A stretch of 63,790 bases of DNA, counting the filler, from Hyphochytrium catenoides (taxonomy: Eukaryota; Protista; Hyphochytriomycota): NCBI GenBank assembly GCA_900088475.1. It is 15 parts of 15 records of this genome, joined end to end, with 100 filler letters (N's around TTAATTAATTAA, not from the genome) between each part and the next. Parts side by side here need not be neighbours in the genome. Positions count along the whole stretch, not along the records: positions 29,786 to 34,189 come from FLMG01001725.1; positions 34,290 to 48,567 come from FLMG01002285.1; 13 more parts are not named here. One strand, written 5' to 3'. This document shows positions 32,601 to 45,658 of this stretch, one piece after another. Positions within the stretch are counted from its first letter, which is position 1. Each line of letters opens with the position of its first letter. The translations under genes and the position numbers were made by a program. The notes below the pieces were generated by a model. That model was not told the origin of the DNA. It did not search any database and was given only the letters and a program-made list of their open reading frames with translations.

Positions 32601-34289
32601 CTGCTCGTTTCCTCGCGTTCTTCCTGCTGCTCAACAGTCATCTTTCCTTTTCTTAATCTGCCCGCCTCCTCCTTCTTTTCCTGATGGAAGAGTGCAACAA
32701 CGTGCCATCAGCTGTCGTTGGCGATCATTGTCGTCCGGGGTCCACTGCCGCTGACTGCTGGAGGAGGGTTACTACTGCTTGTCGCCACTTGCTTCGATGA
32801 CAACTTTTTATATTGCTCTGCTGGTAGCCTTGCTTTTCGGACGGAGTCGTCGTACTACTTCTTCAGTCTTGGTTTGTTGTCCATCATCCGAGGAATAATA
32901 ATGCGAGCAGCCGTTGCAGCTAGCTTCTATAGGAAGAAGGGGCAATCGGACTATCCAATAAAGGAAAATAAAGACGGCCAGTAGACCTCATCAAAACAGG
33001 ACGTCCACTTATTTAGAGAGATGGTAGTACTAGTTCTTCTCCAACCATGATTACAGCTTTATCTTCCTCCTCGCTTCCAAGCATCTCCAGCCAGTCTTCA
33101 TCAAAGCTCTACCGTCGTTCTCTGACCGACTCTTCAGAAAGCGCTTTCCTCTTGAACCTCAGAGACGACTGTCCACGAGTAACCGACGACAGGCAGTAGG
33201 AGGTAATGGGGGTGACTTCACATCCATGTAACCAAAGACTTGCCCCCATGAATTTGCCAGAAGAACAAGGAGCCAATGGTGGGGAAGGGATTCAAGGGAG
33301 CTACCCCCGTGACCAAATGACCAGGGAAGATAACTGTGCAGGAGAAACACCAACATAAATCTTAGGAGCCACTTTGCGACATTCCTAGGAAGAGACTCCG
33401 AATAAAGCCGAAATAGTAGGAAAAGCGGGCTGTTCCTGTTCCAAGACTCAAGTCACGAATGAATGGAGTTCTTGTAAACACGACGTTATTGGGATGGGTC
33501 CACGTACACCCGCAGCATATGGGTGCCAATCAGAACGATGTTCAAGAGGTTTATCTTCGGGTAGGTATTATTTGCGGAGTAGACGCCAATAGATGAGGAG
33601 TAGGGGTGTTAATGTATGGTAACGCTGCTGCTACTGACGGGGAATAGCAGGCCCGTGTGGCGTATTTTCGGTGGAATGATAGGGGGACGGCGGAATAGTT
33701 TTGGGCAGGGCAGAGAACCATCCAGGAGTCGCAGAACTTTTCTGTCCCAAGAAAGATCTCCTGTTACCTCTCGCTCTCTCTCTCTCTCGTCTCTCTCTCT
33801 CTCTCACTCTCTCGCTCTCTCTCTCCCCCTCTCTCTCTCTCTCTCTCTCACTCTCTCTCTTTCGCTCTCTTTCTCTCTCTCTCTTTCTCTCTGTCTTTCA
33901 CAAATCGCTCGCTCCTTGAGACGTGTAATTTCTTGGGCGTGTCTCTCCCATTTCTTGACAAGTTTGGCCCCTCGTCGTTTCACTCTTTCTCTTGGCTCTG
34001 TCTTGTGGAGCAGGGCCAGCAATCACCTATCACCCATCTCAAACCTCTTTCTTCCCTTCGATCCTTCTATTCCAAGCGTCGCTCACTCAGTCTCTTTGGT
34101 CCTCTGTCTCTCTATCACTCGGCCTCGCTCCTCCTGCTCTCTCCTGTCGTCGAGAGAGAGAGAGAGAGGAGAGAAGAGAGAGAGAGAGANNNNNNNNNNN
34201 NNNNNNNNNNNNNNNNNNNNNNNNNNNNNNNNNTTAATTAATTAANNNNNNNNNNNNNNNNNNNNNNNNNNNNNNNNNNNNNNNNNNNN

Positions 34290-34846
34290 CACCGCTGGCT
34301 GCTGGGTGGAAGGGACAAGGACGAGGGACACAGACTTCGCAGGGCTTGCGCTTAAATGGTAAGCCGGTCCAGCGTACAAAGGGAGAGAGAAAAAGGGGAG
34401 AGAGAGAGAGAGAGAGACATACCATACACACACAGAGAGAGAGAGAAAGAGGAAGAGAAGAGGATCGAGGTCGCCCTAGCGATGGTTCGCCCAGCAGAGG
34501 GAGTTTCAAAAATGAAAGTGAGCAAAGGAAGGCATGAGCAGACTGGGGAGCGGGGAGAGAGAGAAGAGAGAGGGAAAGAGTGTTAGGATGCTGAGCAGCG
34601 GACAAGGGAGAGAGTGTAAGAGAGAGAAGGCGGAGGAAAGAGGAAGAGGGAACAGGATCAAAGCTCTAGTGGCAGATTGTAGCTAGACCCTTTGACTTCC
34701 ACTCTCTTTGTCACGGCGTCTTCTTTTCTCTTCTCTTCTTTCAGGTACAAGGCTGGAGCACGACTCATTGGTGGATGCTGCCGCACTCGACCTTCTACTA
34801 TCTCTGCCATAAGAGACATACTATGCGCGCATAATGGAGGTTATCC

Positions 34847-34878
<32 letters not shown>

Positions 34879-34943
34879 TAGAGAGGATGCGGAGAGAAGA
34901 AGAAAGAAGAGAGATTGAGGCGCATGGCAACCGGAACATGTAA
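34290..34943 (+). CDS. HMT: Homocysteine S-methyltransferase, last two exons (5' partial)
   Basis: Exon 34290-34358 (WVEGTRTRDTDFAGLALK) spliced to 34745 onward (W-YKAGARLIGGCCRTRPSTISAIRDIL). GGCC is the Zn-binding motif of this family. Confidence 0.82.
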
Positions 34944-35280
34944 GAGAACTGGAGGAGCCAATGGGGAAGCAAAGCTTAGGGAGAAGAACCAAAACCAGAG
35001 AAAAAGGGAGAAGAGGCAGAAGGGAGAAGGTAACGAAGGCAAGAAGCTCCTCGCTGAGCATTGAAAGGAATCGTGCGAGACGCTCTTTTCCCTTCCATGT
35101 TCGGCACTGAGGTCTCTCGCTCTTTATTGAGGTCGGTGGTAGGAAGAAGAAAGACAGAGAGAGAGAGACGCTTCCCGTGAGGGAGTTCAGACCATCAAGA
35201 GGAGAATCAATGGAGGAGTTAATTTAGAAAAATTAGGGACTTCTTTATTTTCTTAAGATTTCCCTTTCTTCTCTCTTTGT

Positions 35281-35311
<31 letters not shown>

Positions 35312-35340
35312 ATTGTCTTTCTCTTGGGCCAGCTTGGAGT

Positions 35341-35728
35341 CTACAGTCCCTTGTTATAGTAGACCAGCTTGGGCACTTGCTCTCCAAACCTCTGTCTCAG
35401 CTTATCCTTCAGCTCAGGTTCAATAGAAGCGGTTGGAAGAGAAGAGACTTGAGGGAAGAGAGCGCAGCAGGCAGGAGTGGAGAAAGCGAGACAGAGTCCT
35501 GTCAATCCAACGGTGATAGGGGCAGAGAGCCAAGGGTTCTTGACAAGAAGAGGCCGCTTCTCCAGCCTGTTCATGATCAAGGGAGGGATAGACATCCCGG
35601 GTACCGCCATAAGGATACGAGAGGGTACAACCTGCAAAAAGAAGGCAGAAGACAGAGTTAGCCCGGCCAAAAAGAGATCAGTGCGATACCGGGGAAGAAG
35701 TCGTCACCGTCACACTGACGACCGGAAA

Positions 35729-35762
<34 letters not shown>

Positions 35763-37054
35763 GCTCCGGCGGGAAGAAAGCAGACTGCGCACAAAGAGGA
35801 GAAAGAGAGATGTTCTTCACTCACCTGAGCAATGGCGGTCTTAGCTGCGGTCTTGCTCTTGCCAATGACTTCTCCATCCTCCAGTTGTACGTTGATGCCC
35901 GAAGCCAGCTCCTGCTGTCTCATCAGCGGGATATTCACACAGTTCGCCGCTGCTACCGCCACAAGCGGCACCAGACGGCCGACGATCCCCAATTGCAGCC
36001 TTGGCGAGCGCGCTACAAGACGATTGAGACCCACAGCAGTCGCCACTGAAGCGGAGCAGGCTGCTCCGTAAGCTTTAGCGAGTTGCTCGTTAGTGACGCC
36101 GGTGGTGGCGTTCCTATTGACATAGTTGACGATGCAGTTGAAGGTCTGATTTGCCCACTGCAGGACCAAGTTCGAAGAGGAGAGAGATTGTAAGGCAAAG
36201 TGCAGCTAGGAGGAGCTGATAAAGCTCAGTGAAGGGCGCAGCTCAGACGAGGAAGGGCCTCGGGAAAGGTAGAGAAGACATGAAGAGGCCCTCGCGCGGA
36301 CAGTAGATAGGAAGGAAGGTTCTGACCAAGAGAAGGGAATGAGGGTGCCCGACAGAGACAGATAGATAGGAAGACAGTTAGGAGCTACGGAAGGGCGACG
36401 AGAGAGAGACAGATGAAGAGGGGGAGAGAAAGAGAGAGAGAGAAAAAGAGAGAGGAAAATGGAAGAGCGAGAGTTTGGAGCATCTAATGCGACAAGGTCA
36501 AGGTACCTGCCAGAAGATGACGGCAGGCGTTGAGCGGTAGAAGGTCATCATACAGCCAGTGATAAGCATATTGCCTGGCACTTGGAAGGACATTCTCCCC
36601 AAGATAAACTGCTTCTCTCCTGTGTCTGGATGGAAGGCAGAGTCATAGAGATGCTTCGCCTTCCACAGCTCATCGTCAGTAATCCCAGCAGGTCTAATGC
36701 CATTCCTACGGAGACTCAGCATCAGCATATGAGCCCCGAAGGGAAGGGAGCATGACACCACGAGAGAAGTGTAGAGTTTGAGTATGCAAGCAAGATTAGG
36801 CGTTATTCATGGGCAGCTCGCCACTGAGAGCTCTTCCGGAAAGAGACAGAGTGATGTGGATGGGGAGAGAGAAAGAGAGTTGAAAGGGTGCGATGTCTGC
36901 GCCACCTGTACTGAGTGACTATCTCCTTTGCGCGTTCCAGCTCAGCATCGCTCGCTAGTACATTAAGCGGGTTAGTGGTGGTGAAGAAGTGCTTGACGCG
37001 GCCTGAATAGGTGCTTTGGTCCCAGCGAGGCTTGTCGATATCGACGGTGACCAT
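35341..37054 (-). CDS. SFXN: Sideroflexin (mitochondrial serine/tricarboxylate carrier)
   Basis: Four exons: 37054-36906, 36705-36507, 36157-35825, 35631-35341. Motifs [60 protein letters not shown] and YYNKGL-stop. Confidence 0.97.
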
Positions 37055-37807
37055 GTTTAGAGCTGTGCTTAAGGTGTACCTTTGCCAAGGGGATATGGCG
37101 TGGGCGAGACAGAAGAGAGAGAAAGTGTGTGAGAGGAGCCACGGAAAGGCAAATGGTCGCACAGGTGTCTTCCAAGAGAGAGAGCGAGAGAGACATGAGG
37201 GCTCGTCTGAGATGCTCAAATCTTCAACGCGGAGCTTCAATAAATCTCAACTTCACCTGCAGATTTCCAGCCAATCTCTGCCATACCCTAATGCCCGAAA
37301 GGGTTCGTCCGAAACTACCATTTAAATTAGTAAGTTCGTATATGGCCAGTTTTAAGTGTTATATCGTAGGTTAGAGATAAAAGGATGCTAGATTTCCTTC
37401 CGCTTCTATATTCGGGTACATTACTCTCTCTAGGAATAATAAGCCCATAGAAACTCAAGAACGAAGATGTGTCGCAGATCTGCGGAGGTCTCTCAAGAAG
37501 AAGTGAAGCTTCGTCAGTGCATGGAGCTTCTTATTGATAGAGTTTCTGCTGGCATCGGTCGTCTAGAGGATGGCCCATAGAAGCAGCACAACCATTCCTT
37601 GTTGACATAATAAATACACGAGAGGGAGGTTGATAGCGGCTTCTGAAGGCTGCTTGGACAAGGTGCCAAAGAGGTCTGAAGACCCAGGAGAATGCCATGC
37701 TCCGGGTATCATGATCTCAGGGCAGTGCCATGTTGACGCCATTCTCTCATTTTCTACGATCTCGTCCCCGTTTTTCTCTTGGGCAATGGCCAGAGGAATA
37801 GGAATTA

Positions 37808-39400
37808 TTAAGACGTCGGTTGAGCCAGAGGCTCATACCACTCCTCTGTCATGCCGGCCTGGAGCCTGGCATTTTTGTCAAAGGGAGGCTTCAGATATCC
37901 TCTGAAGACCTCTCTCACCACCTTGTGGAAGTGCTGCACACGGTCCAGTCCATCTCTTTCGCAAAGGTAGCTGAACCACCGCACTGCAGCGCCGACATGG
38001 GTGATCTCGTCCTTAACGTTTGCCCGGAGAATGGCCGCGGACTCTTCGTCCCCTAAGCCCTGCAAACGCGCCAGGCCAATTCCGGCCACGTCCAGTCCTC
38101 TTGCTTCATGGACCTTCAAGACAAGGGAGAGAGTCACTGATGTTTAGTCGACGACAAGGTGACCACGCGGTTATCCTACAGCAGTACAAAAATGGCCTTC
38201 CTGACTATTAGCGGCAACTCCCTTACCAAGGTCTTGGTCTACTAAGCAGTTCTCCATCTCAACCCATCATTCGTTTCTTTCTCTTATCCTTACCATGTGC
38301 ACCACTGCTAACCTCGCGTAAAGGTTGTCCTTGGTCTGTGCTGCACTCTCCCACAAACTCTCATGAGTGGGCAGCGCGCCGTACCATGAGCCCAACGCTC
38401 TCAGCCGCTCGCTCCACCGCGTAAAATGTATGGCTTCTTCACCCGCTATGCGGACCCAATCATCATAGAACTCCTTAGGCATCTTCTCATCGGAGAACCG
38501 GCAGATTATGTCCCACATCAGATCTATGGCATAGCTCTCAGCATGTGCGACGCTGTCCAAGCAGAATTAGCATGCGTGTGACAGGAGTAGCCAGCAAAGA
38601 GCCGTCACAATGGAGGAGGAAAGGAGAAACGAGAAGAGAGAAATCGACGGGGAGTAACGATAGAAAGTTCAATATAGAAAGTCATTCAGCTTCCTCAACG
38701 CGGTATGTGGGATCACAGTACCCTGGGCATCTGACAGACAGAGAGAGACAGGAGGCGAAGAGCCCAGTTGCCATACCCGTGAATAAATGTCACCCGCTTC
38801 CCGCCTCCTCCTCCTGCCTTGCCACTGGACTGATGGGGTGGCCTGGCAGGGTGATCCGGAGAAACAATAGTTTCCTTCTCATCTTTGATAAGATGAACTT
38901 TTCCTGTCCGCCAATCTTCAGCTAGTTCTAACGTCTGCCTCACTTTCTCCTCTATATTCCCAGTCATTAAAATCTGCATAACAAAATGTTAGGCCATATA
39001 TAATGACGAAGGTCAGTTGCAGCGTGTGGCGCTTGGAGATGGCCCGGTCTCACTGTACCTTCAGCGCTCTACCTAGCAGCGTCTGAGTTGTTTCTCCTCC
39101 TATGTTATTGACTCCAGCTTTTCTGGGCTCCGGTAAGCTTCTTTCTCCCACTATATAGAAGCCGTAGCCGTAATAGGAAGCAGCAATATCGTGCTCTCCC
39201 ATGACTGCTCTCTTCAGTCTAGCCAGGTTTACCTCCTTTCCTGTTTTACTCTCCACCCTACCATCAAAGCCAAGGTAGCACTGCGTCATGCCATAGCGAG
39301 CTCCTGTGGTACGACCCTCAAACAGCTCCTCTCCGCAAGCATCATTGGTAAAGTCGATCCGACTAGCTCTACTCGCAATAATCTTCAGAATGTGAGTCAT
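37808..39400 (-). CDS. DUF455 ferritin-like protein with an N-terminal extension (true start uncertain)
   Basis: Exons ~39400-39059, 38973-38777, 38552-~38294 and ~38118-37808. Motifs HGVAHAESYAIDLMWD, EFYDDWVRIAGEEAIHF, VHEARGLDV, DEITHVGAAVRWF and LKPPFDKNARLQAGM. Confidence 0.88.
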
Positions 39401-39617
39401 TTCTGAAGATCATCTCTACAATGCCGGCAGCCAGAGATCCTCCTGGAGAGTAACCCTAGTTACCCATCCGAATGAAGCGATTGCAAAAACTTCTTAGGGA
39501 CGGTTGTAGAGCATCATGACCCAGATTAGCATTGGGCTGTATGGGCTTCTGATGGGTTCTGACTGAATGGTTCTGATGCGTTGGGTGCGGGGGCGGCTGG
39601 AGGGAGAGATAACGGTT

Positions 39618-39653
<36 letters not shown>

Positions 39654-40066
39654 NNNNNNNNNNNNNNNNNNNNNNNNNNNNNNNNNNNNNNNNNNNNGAG
39701 AGAGAGAGAGAGAGACAAAGAGAGAGAGAGAGAATGCGTCATTGCATGGCGAGTAAAGAGAGGCGAAGACAGAGTGAGGGCAAGGGAAAGAGAGGTCAAG
39801 AGGAAGAGAAACAGACAGAACGAGAGTGACAAAAGACACAGACAAGAGCTTCTTGGCCGTCTGTGGAACTTCTGGAAGCTGTTGAGACCTCCGTCTCTAG
39901 AAGACATCGCCCGTCATCGCCGTGAGGATCTCAGATGAAGAGCAGTTAGGGCTCTGTTCCTGGCGATGCGACAGTAAAGGTCTTTAGGCGCGCTCCACAC
40001 CTCCTTCCCAGCCCATAAAGGCTTCTCTTCTCTCTCTTTCTTTCCCTCTAAGGGGCTAGGGCGAGG

Positions 40067-40593
40067 ATGGACAGACAGAGGGAAGGCAGGAGCACTCGCA
40101 CTCCTTCTTCAGCCCCGAGGAGCAGGAGAAGGAAGCCGCGGACGAGGGAGAGCACGCCTGCCCTCTCTCTGTCCTCCCCTGGCTCTGCTCACAAAGGCCA
40201 GCGGCGCCTGCACAGCCACTCCCGGCACCATCGCCATCAGGATGGGCAAGAGGGGCCGTCCAGCGCTCAGCCTCGGACGGAATCGTTCGTCCCAAAGTCT
40301 GTGCAGGAGCCGAAACGAGCGCAGAACCAGCGCATTTTGAGGAACAAGAACCGCTTACGGCGCAACCATCAGCCGTTTGCCCAGCTTCAGATCCCTTCAA
40401 ATGTACAGAATGACTCAGACTCGGACAACTCCTCAGGGAGTGCCGACGAAGGTACAGGCGCAAAAAACATTAGCTCCCTCTTTCTCTGTGTGTCTCTTAC
40501 GCATTCGAGTTCCTGGCTCTCTCTCGCTTCTGTCTTTGGCATTCTCTCCCTGGCTTGGACATAGTTATCTCTCATGTGTTAATTCAAAGGCCA

Positions 40594-40626
<33 letters not shown>

Positions 40627-41285
40627 GTCTTGTGCCGTGAATTGCGTCATCTGTGCCCCTGACATGTCGTCCTTCACAGCCTATCCGCGCAATCCTTCCA
40701 GGATTGCGAAAGAGAAGGTCTTTACGGACAAGCTCTCGCTCTTCAGCCCGCAGAAGCGCATTCCTAAACGGTAGACTGACGGCTTCTGGCCAGCCCTGGG
40801 CCATGCTTTCTCCTCTTCCTCCTCTTCCCTTTCCCTTCTTCCTTCCATTTTCTCTCTTCCACTTTGCCTCTGTGTCTCTTACGTATTACTACTCATCTCT
40901 CCTCGCTCGCTGGATCATCTTTTTGCCTTTAATCGTTCTTTAAACTCGACTGTGCCTGACATTCTCGTTTGTCTCTTTCTCTCTCACCTTCGGTCTCTTT
41001 TCAGTGTGAGTCGAGAGGCAGTAATCGACACAATCTTCAAGTCTCTCTTTGATGAGAAGAAGAGGAATGAAGTGTACAGAGCATGGGATGACACAGACAC
41101 AGAGACAGACGAGGAGATGATCAAGAAAGGACTGGAAATCGCTCTCTCTCGGGAGTTGAGCGATGAGACTCTCTATGGACTCACTATTGGCACCACTCCT
41201 AGCACTGTACAGAAGAGCAATATGCTCTACCGCTTTGTTGATATCCCGCTCATTAGAAAGGTAGCCGTGCCGACTCTTTCTCCCT

Positions 41286-41317
<32 letters not shown>

Positions 41318-42522
41318 CTNNNNNNNNNNNNNNNNNNNNNNNNNNNNNNCTCGGACTACCAGCGCTCGCATTCCTATCCTTCGCGCCATTTATAAGAAAT
41401 GCCCGCACCTCAGGGACGAGTTGTTGCTCTCTCTCCTGTTAGCTACCTCAGATCGTCTGCAGGCTCTCGCAGAACGGCTGTCAGAGGTCTACCAGCAGGA
41501 GATAGACGGAGAGAAGGTGGATACAGAAGGAAGGAATGGAAAGGATCACGGCCATGGACTCACGGAGTTTCTTCGATTTATTATTGAGGAGACATTTAGT
41601 GGGTAAGTGATCGTCTCTCCTCATGCCATTCATTGCGATGTGATGCTTCTTCTCTCTATTTCCAGGCACGGTGCTAGTCCTTTGACGCATGTCCGGTGTC
41701 CTCTCTCACTCCCTCTCTCTCCCCCCTCTCTGTCTCTGTCCCCATCTCTGTCTCTCTTAACTCTCTTTTCTCCCTTTTCCATTCTCCCCATCTCCCCGTC
41801 TCTCTGGTCTGTCCTTTGTCAAATAATCTTGCCGAGGCTAACGGTATACAGTCTCGCGTCATAGTGCTTCTCGATCTTTTCAGGACGATGGTAGCTTTCC
41901 TTTGCTGACGTTCGTTCGTCTTTCTTTGTCCTCTAGGCACACACCTCCAGTCGTTGGGAAGAAGCTAAACTTTGACGCTGCGGCTGAACCAGAGCCAGAG
42001 TTCAATCTAAATACCTCGAAGGCCATTGACTATCTCGTCCGCACCCTCGTCCTGCTGTGTCGCTCACATCTTAGGGAAGGACTAGGGACGGACGAGGACG
42101 AGCTGATCAGCTGTGCTGGCCAATTCGTGATGTACTACCCTCCCGCATCTCTCTCTCTTCTCTCTTCTCTGCTCAAAAAATGGCCAGGCCGCTCGAGTGA
42201 GCAAGAAATATTCTTTCTTCGTCTTTGTGCACGACTTCTGATGGTCAGCCCGCGGCTAGATACTCTCCGGCCTCAGAGCCAAGTGCACAAGCAGATCATG
42301 AAGAAGATTTGCGGCGCTCTGACGTGCGCTCACGTACAAGTGGCGAGAGAAGCTCTCTCTATCTTGAACAGCCAGTTTATCCTGAATGTTTATATCATAG
42401 GCTTCCCTCCGATCTTTGACATTGTTAGGACTTCTCTCCACCAGAACGCCGCCAAGCATTGGAACTCAGTTATTCGCGAACTGTCGGATGAGCAGTTCGA
42501 CATGCTGTTAGACTACGCCTAA
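40067..42522 (+). CDS. Divergent PP2A regulatory subunit B' (B56)-like protein
   Basis: ILRAIYKKCPHLR, HGLTEFLRFI, LLKKWPGRSSEQEIFFL, CAHVQVAREAL and KHWNSVIREL parallel the B56 motifs HRIYGKF, HNGIAELL, LLKYWP..NS.KE..FL, SHFQVAERAL and HWN. 5' exons are approximate. Confidence 0.75.
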
Positions 42523-43074
42523 AGAGAAAGTGCTGGCTTCAGCCACGTCCCGATAACCAAAACTCTCTCTCTCTCAGGAGGGGAATGTGGACATACTTGT
42601 CCGCACACCCGAGTACGGTCTTTCTCTCCTTAGGCCAAATCCAACCAGCGATGGCTTTCAAGAGAGATAAGTCTGAAAGGCTGAGGAGTTCGAGAGAAAT
42701 GTGTACAGGAGAGAGGACTGAGTGACAATGGAGTTGGAATCAAATCATCTCACTTCTTGACTATCTTTCAGTGTGAAAGGCAGCCGGTCAAGGTCCCAAA
42801 GGCTAATCTCTTCTCTATTTCGATAATTTCTCATAATTTATTTAGCAGCTGTTTGACTCTGCACCACCATTCCAAAGTAGAAAGGTTACCACCAGCACGA
42901 GAGAGTTCTCTTTAATCTCCCGGCACACTGATTGACCAGATCTCACCAGCCGCCATTGTGGCATTGGCTGATGGTCTCTCCAAAGTTCTGGCTCGCGCTG
43001 GGGGTTTGAAATCATGGGCGAGAGAAGCTGAGGGCGCTCTCAAAGCAGCCTGTTCGCTGCTCAGGATCTCCTCA

Positions 43075-43371
<297 letters not shown>

Positions 43372-44057
43372 TCAGGGCTCAGCACTAAGGGCGAACATAA
43401 GAGGAAAAGCTAGCCAAGAAGGCACAATGATTGATCGAAGTGGGTGAGAGAAACAACCTGGAGGGAGCCCAGAGGTAGCGCTAGAATGGCAGACAGGAGA
43501 ACAAGGGCAAGAGATGCAAAGTGAGATAAAGAGAAAGGGCCAGAGAAGAGAGAGAGTACGAGAGAAAGGTGAAGAGAGAGAGAGAAAGAGAGTGCGAATA
43601 TCGGAGTTCACTGCATTGCGAGAGGGCTCACCATTCGTGATGATCGCGCTGGTGGCCGACGGCACGTGGAACTAGAGAAGCAGGAGAAGAGTAAACCCTG
43701 TGATGATCTTTTGCTTTTCCCTGGGGGCCTCTCTCTCTCTCGCGCGCCCTCTCTCTCACTCTCTCTTCCCTTCCGAATCTCTTTCTCTCTTTCACTCGCT
43801 TCGACGCTCCATGTCTCTCTTTCTCTCTCTGTTCTGTCTTCTCTATTTAGCTTCACCTGTCTCCCTCCATCTGACTCTTTCTCTCTCTTCATGCTCAGTT
43901 TGTTGGTTCCCGTTGTTCGATGCTCTTCCTTACCTCCTCAGCCACATACTTCAGGACAGCAGTGAAAGGAGCTGCTTCTGGAACGCTGACGCTGTGGACA
44001 GACACTCATCAGCTGCTGGATACCAGTAGCGAAGACCATGCAACGGCGCTCCTCCGT

Positions 44058-44098
<41 letters not shown>

Positions 44099-44808
44099 GA
44101 AAACGAGAGGAGAGAGAGAGAGAGAGAAAGAAAGAGAGGTGCAATAGAAGTCGAAATGTACCGCTAGTAGGACAAAAGACTGGGTTGGAAAATGTGCTCG
44201 GCAAAGGAGAGAAAGGCATAGAAGCACTTGAAGAGAGAGTCTTACACTCTGAATGGCAGCTTCGGATCCGATGTGAGCGTGATCTTGAAGCTGACTTTGC
44301 TCTTGGCCCTGCATACGAGCAGATGTGGAGATGAGAGGACGACAGGGAACTCTCTATGACAATGTACAAGCTCACGGCAGCTGGGCCGCGTGGCCTCTAG
44401 TTAATACTCACGCCATGATGTCTCTTGGAAAGCTCGGTGCTTGAGAGCCTGTCTATTGCCTGCTGATCTATTCTGAAGATCTGGAGTTCTGCCTTGGAGG
44501 ATGATTGAGAAGCAAGAGTTGTGAAGTAGAAGAGGAGCAAGGGAGGAAGAGAGGGAAAGGGGGAGCGAGCGAGATAGCGAGAGAAGAGCTTGACAACGAG
44601 GAGAGATGAGAGAGTAGGGCGAATGAGAGAGAAAGTAGAAAGCGAGAGACAGACAGACAGAACAGACTGAGGGAGAAGAGAGAGAGAGAGGGAGAAGAGA
44701 GAGAGAAAGAGAGAGACAGAGAGAGAGACACAGAGAGACAGAGAGACGGAGAGAGAGAGAGACAGAGACAGAGAGAGAGAGACAGAGAGAGAGAGAGAGG
44801 CAGAGACA

Positions 44809-44841
<33 letters not shown>

Positions 44842-45658
44842 GCAGAGAGAGANNNNNNNNNNNNNNNNNNNNNNNNNNNNNNNNNNNNNNNNNNNNNNNN
44901 NNNNNNNNNNNNNNNNNNNNGACAGAGAGAGAGACAGAGAGAGAGAGACAGAGAGAGAGGCAGAGAGAGAGACAGAGAGAGAGAAAGAGAGAAAGAGTAG
45001 AGAGAGACCGAGAGGAGGGATCAGAAAGCTCTGATACCCAAATCCCCAGCCCACCCGTGCAGGTCGAGAATGGAACGCCAACAATTGTGCTACACTCGGA
45101 ATAAATAATGAGAAATTCTAAACCTCTTATGTAGAGAGTAAAGCTTCAAAATAAAAGAAAGCAGATCTGAAGAAAGAACTTCATTGACAGAGCTTTGGCA
45201 TTGAGAGGAGGACGAAGACTCAGGCAGTAGCTCCATTGATAACAAAGACCATCTGCAGAGAACGGGGAGACGCGAAGTTCTCATTGGACCATACAATGAT
45301 AATGAGACAGAGCAAAAGAGAGCGAGAGAGCGAGAGGCACTAGTAGGGAGCTCCAACTGCCTAAAGTGACGACGGCTACAGGCTGAACACTCCCCCGACC
45401 CCACTACCGCGCTGAAGATTTCCTTCGTCGGTCCATCTACTTATGAGTTAGCTTAAGCTTTGCAGCCGACCTGGGAGTTTACTCTTTGCTCTCACTGTCT
45501 GATAATAAGCGTTATCGAGCTCTTAGAATAACGACAAAGATGGCAAAGCAAGGAATAACTCTAAGGGAAGAAGTGAGCAGGATAGCCGAGAGAGCGAAGG
45601 CCGAGGTGTGAAACAGGGAGAGAGAGAGAATGTGTGGCGTCATCCCACGCGACTCTTC

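Noticed and set aside
35341-35343. TAG reassigned to a sense codon, suggested by in-frame TAGs in relic ORFs
   Set aside because: Sideroflexin ends with TAG exactly at its conserved NKGL C-terminus, and the intact genes have no internal TAG.
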